Below are positions 62,801-64,000 of a DNA stretch of 64,000 bases, piece after piece. The position numbers and the translations under genes are program-made. The first letter of the stretch is position 1. Each line of letters opens with the position of its first letter. Below the pieces are notes generated by a model. That model did no database searches. It saw only the letters and a list, made by a program, of their open reading frames with translations, and was not told the origin of the DNA. This DNA comes from Ascidiella aspersa. Lineage: Eukaryota. Location: NCBI GenBank assembly GCA_963924565.1, contig OZ004615.1:6944001-7008000 (forward strand), given 5' to 3'.

Positions 62801-64000
62801 TAATCCGCAATTGAAATTCGTCACTGGCCAGCGACGCAGAAAGGGCCGCTGCTTTCTTTTGCGCCGCGTGCTCGGAGGGGATAAGCCGTTTTCAATTTCC
62901 TTTGGTGTGTGTTGTTAAGGGCGCGCTTTTGTGTGCGTCGTTGTCGCGCCCGTCGACACACAATCGCGTCGCTTGTTTATTGCGACAGGAGGCAAGCTGT
63001 CGGACAAATAGCTCCGGCAATCGAGCTGCGAAACCCGAGATTTGCCAGGCCGCATCAACCGGCAGCCGGCCATTATTGTAGCGTATCGGTTTACGCGGCC
63101 GCTTTTGGTTGCTTTCCTGTACTTTAGCAACTTAACATGGACGCTTTAAAATAAGTTTGTTCACATATCGCGGCCACTCACAGTCCATATGAACAACGAT
63201 ATTGCTATCTACCCATAACCTTTCTTACAGTAAATGCACACCATTAGAATCTATTTTCAAAGCGCCCTGGAAGCCTAGGCCAAAAGTGCAATATGTCCCG
63301 CAGTGGGCTTCATCAGGCTGGTTCTCAGAAACCGAAGTAGCGTTAATTGTTTTGGCGTTACGCCCGAATCAAGAAATGTTGTGAGTAACTCCCGTTTGCC
63401 CATTGTTCAAGCCTTCGTCCCGCCAACTTATTTTCCGCGCAGGTCTTTCGGGACGGCTTGTGTACCGGTTTACCGCGACTGATTCCATTTCAATTAATCA
63501 TGAGCGGCCATTAGCCTACGTCAGGCGGAATATCCTGCATTGCGCCACAAACGCGCGATTATCTGGCTACGGATAATGAATTTTGAGCCCGAACGATGAC
63601 TTATCGCTCGTTTGTGCTTTTCTAAAAGCCGGCTCAAAACAAATACGAGCCGCGCGTTTTCGGTTGTCCCGTGATCTCGGCCGATTATGACCTAATATGT
63701 TTGTTACTGTGATGTCGTAACGGGCTTCAATGATTAAATCAAAACTACGCAGTCTGCCCCTTTTTCAAAGCATTTGGAAATGATCACGCCCGCAGTAAAC
63801 GCATAGTGGCAGTTCTTTTGTTCGGCTGTGAAAAATGGAACGCGAGTGCTAAACGCGGTTGAAGAAACATGGATTTTTTGCGACGTGACCGTGCTGCAAA
63901 CTGAGTGATGGTGACCTTGCGACGGCGATGTCATGTTGCGGTCGAAAGCCGGCGGGCCAAAAGCGGATTATTATCGTTGGCTGCTGGTTCGCGGTGCTCG

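Overview
Eukaryotic (animal) genomic DNA with GT-AG introns, GC3-rich exons and AT-rich, MITE-laden introns. It looks like an invertebrate chordate, probably an ascidian, but that is inference. I reconstructed three protein-coding genes by hand with consistent splice phases. (1) A minus-strand ankyrin-repeat + MYND zinc-finger gene (4 coding exons, 4716..1505, 455 aa). (2) A plus-strand choline transporter-like gene of the SLC44A2/4/5 type (19 coding exons, 8977..43982, 760 aa) with one 13.1-kb intron. (3) A minus-strand immediate-early-response (IER2/IER5/IER5L family) gene (2 coding exons, 59141..53052, 354 aa) in a CpG-rich, transposon-poor region. The introns hold many hAT-type MITEs with 8-bp TSDs (one nested in another), tRNA-derived SINEs and tandem repeats. 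The most unusual signals are: a 123-bp tandem array in SLC44 intron 3 in which every unit carries branchpoint + acceptor + 6-nt in-frame exon + GTAAGT donor (candidate microexon array); a short fold-back repeat family with variable TSDs and a degenerate hammerhead-ribozyme core; an intron-containing IER gene linked to SLC44 (possible proto-MHC linkage); and a possible recursive splice site. All of this was read by eye, without database searches.
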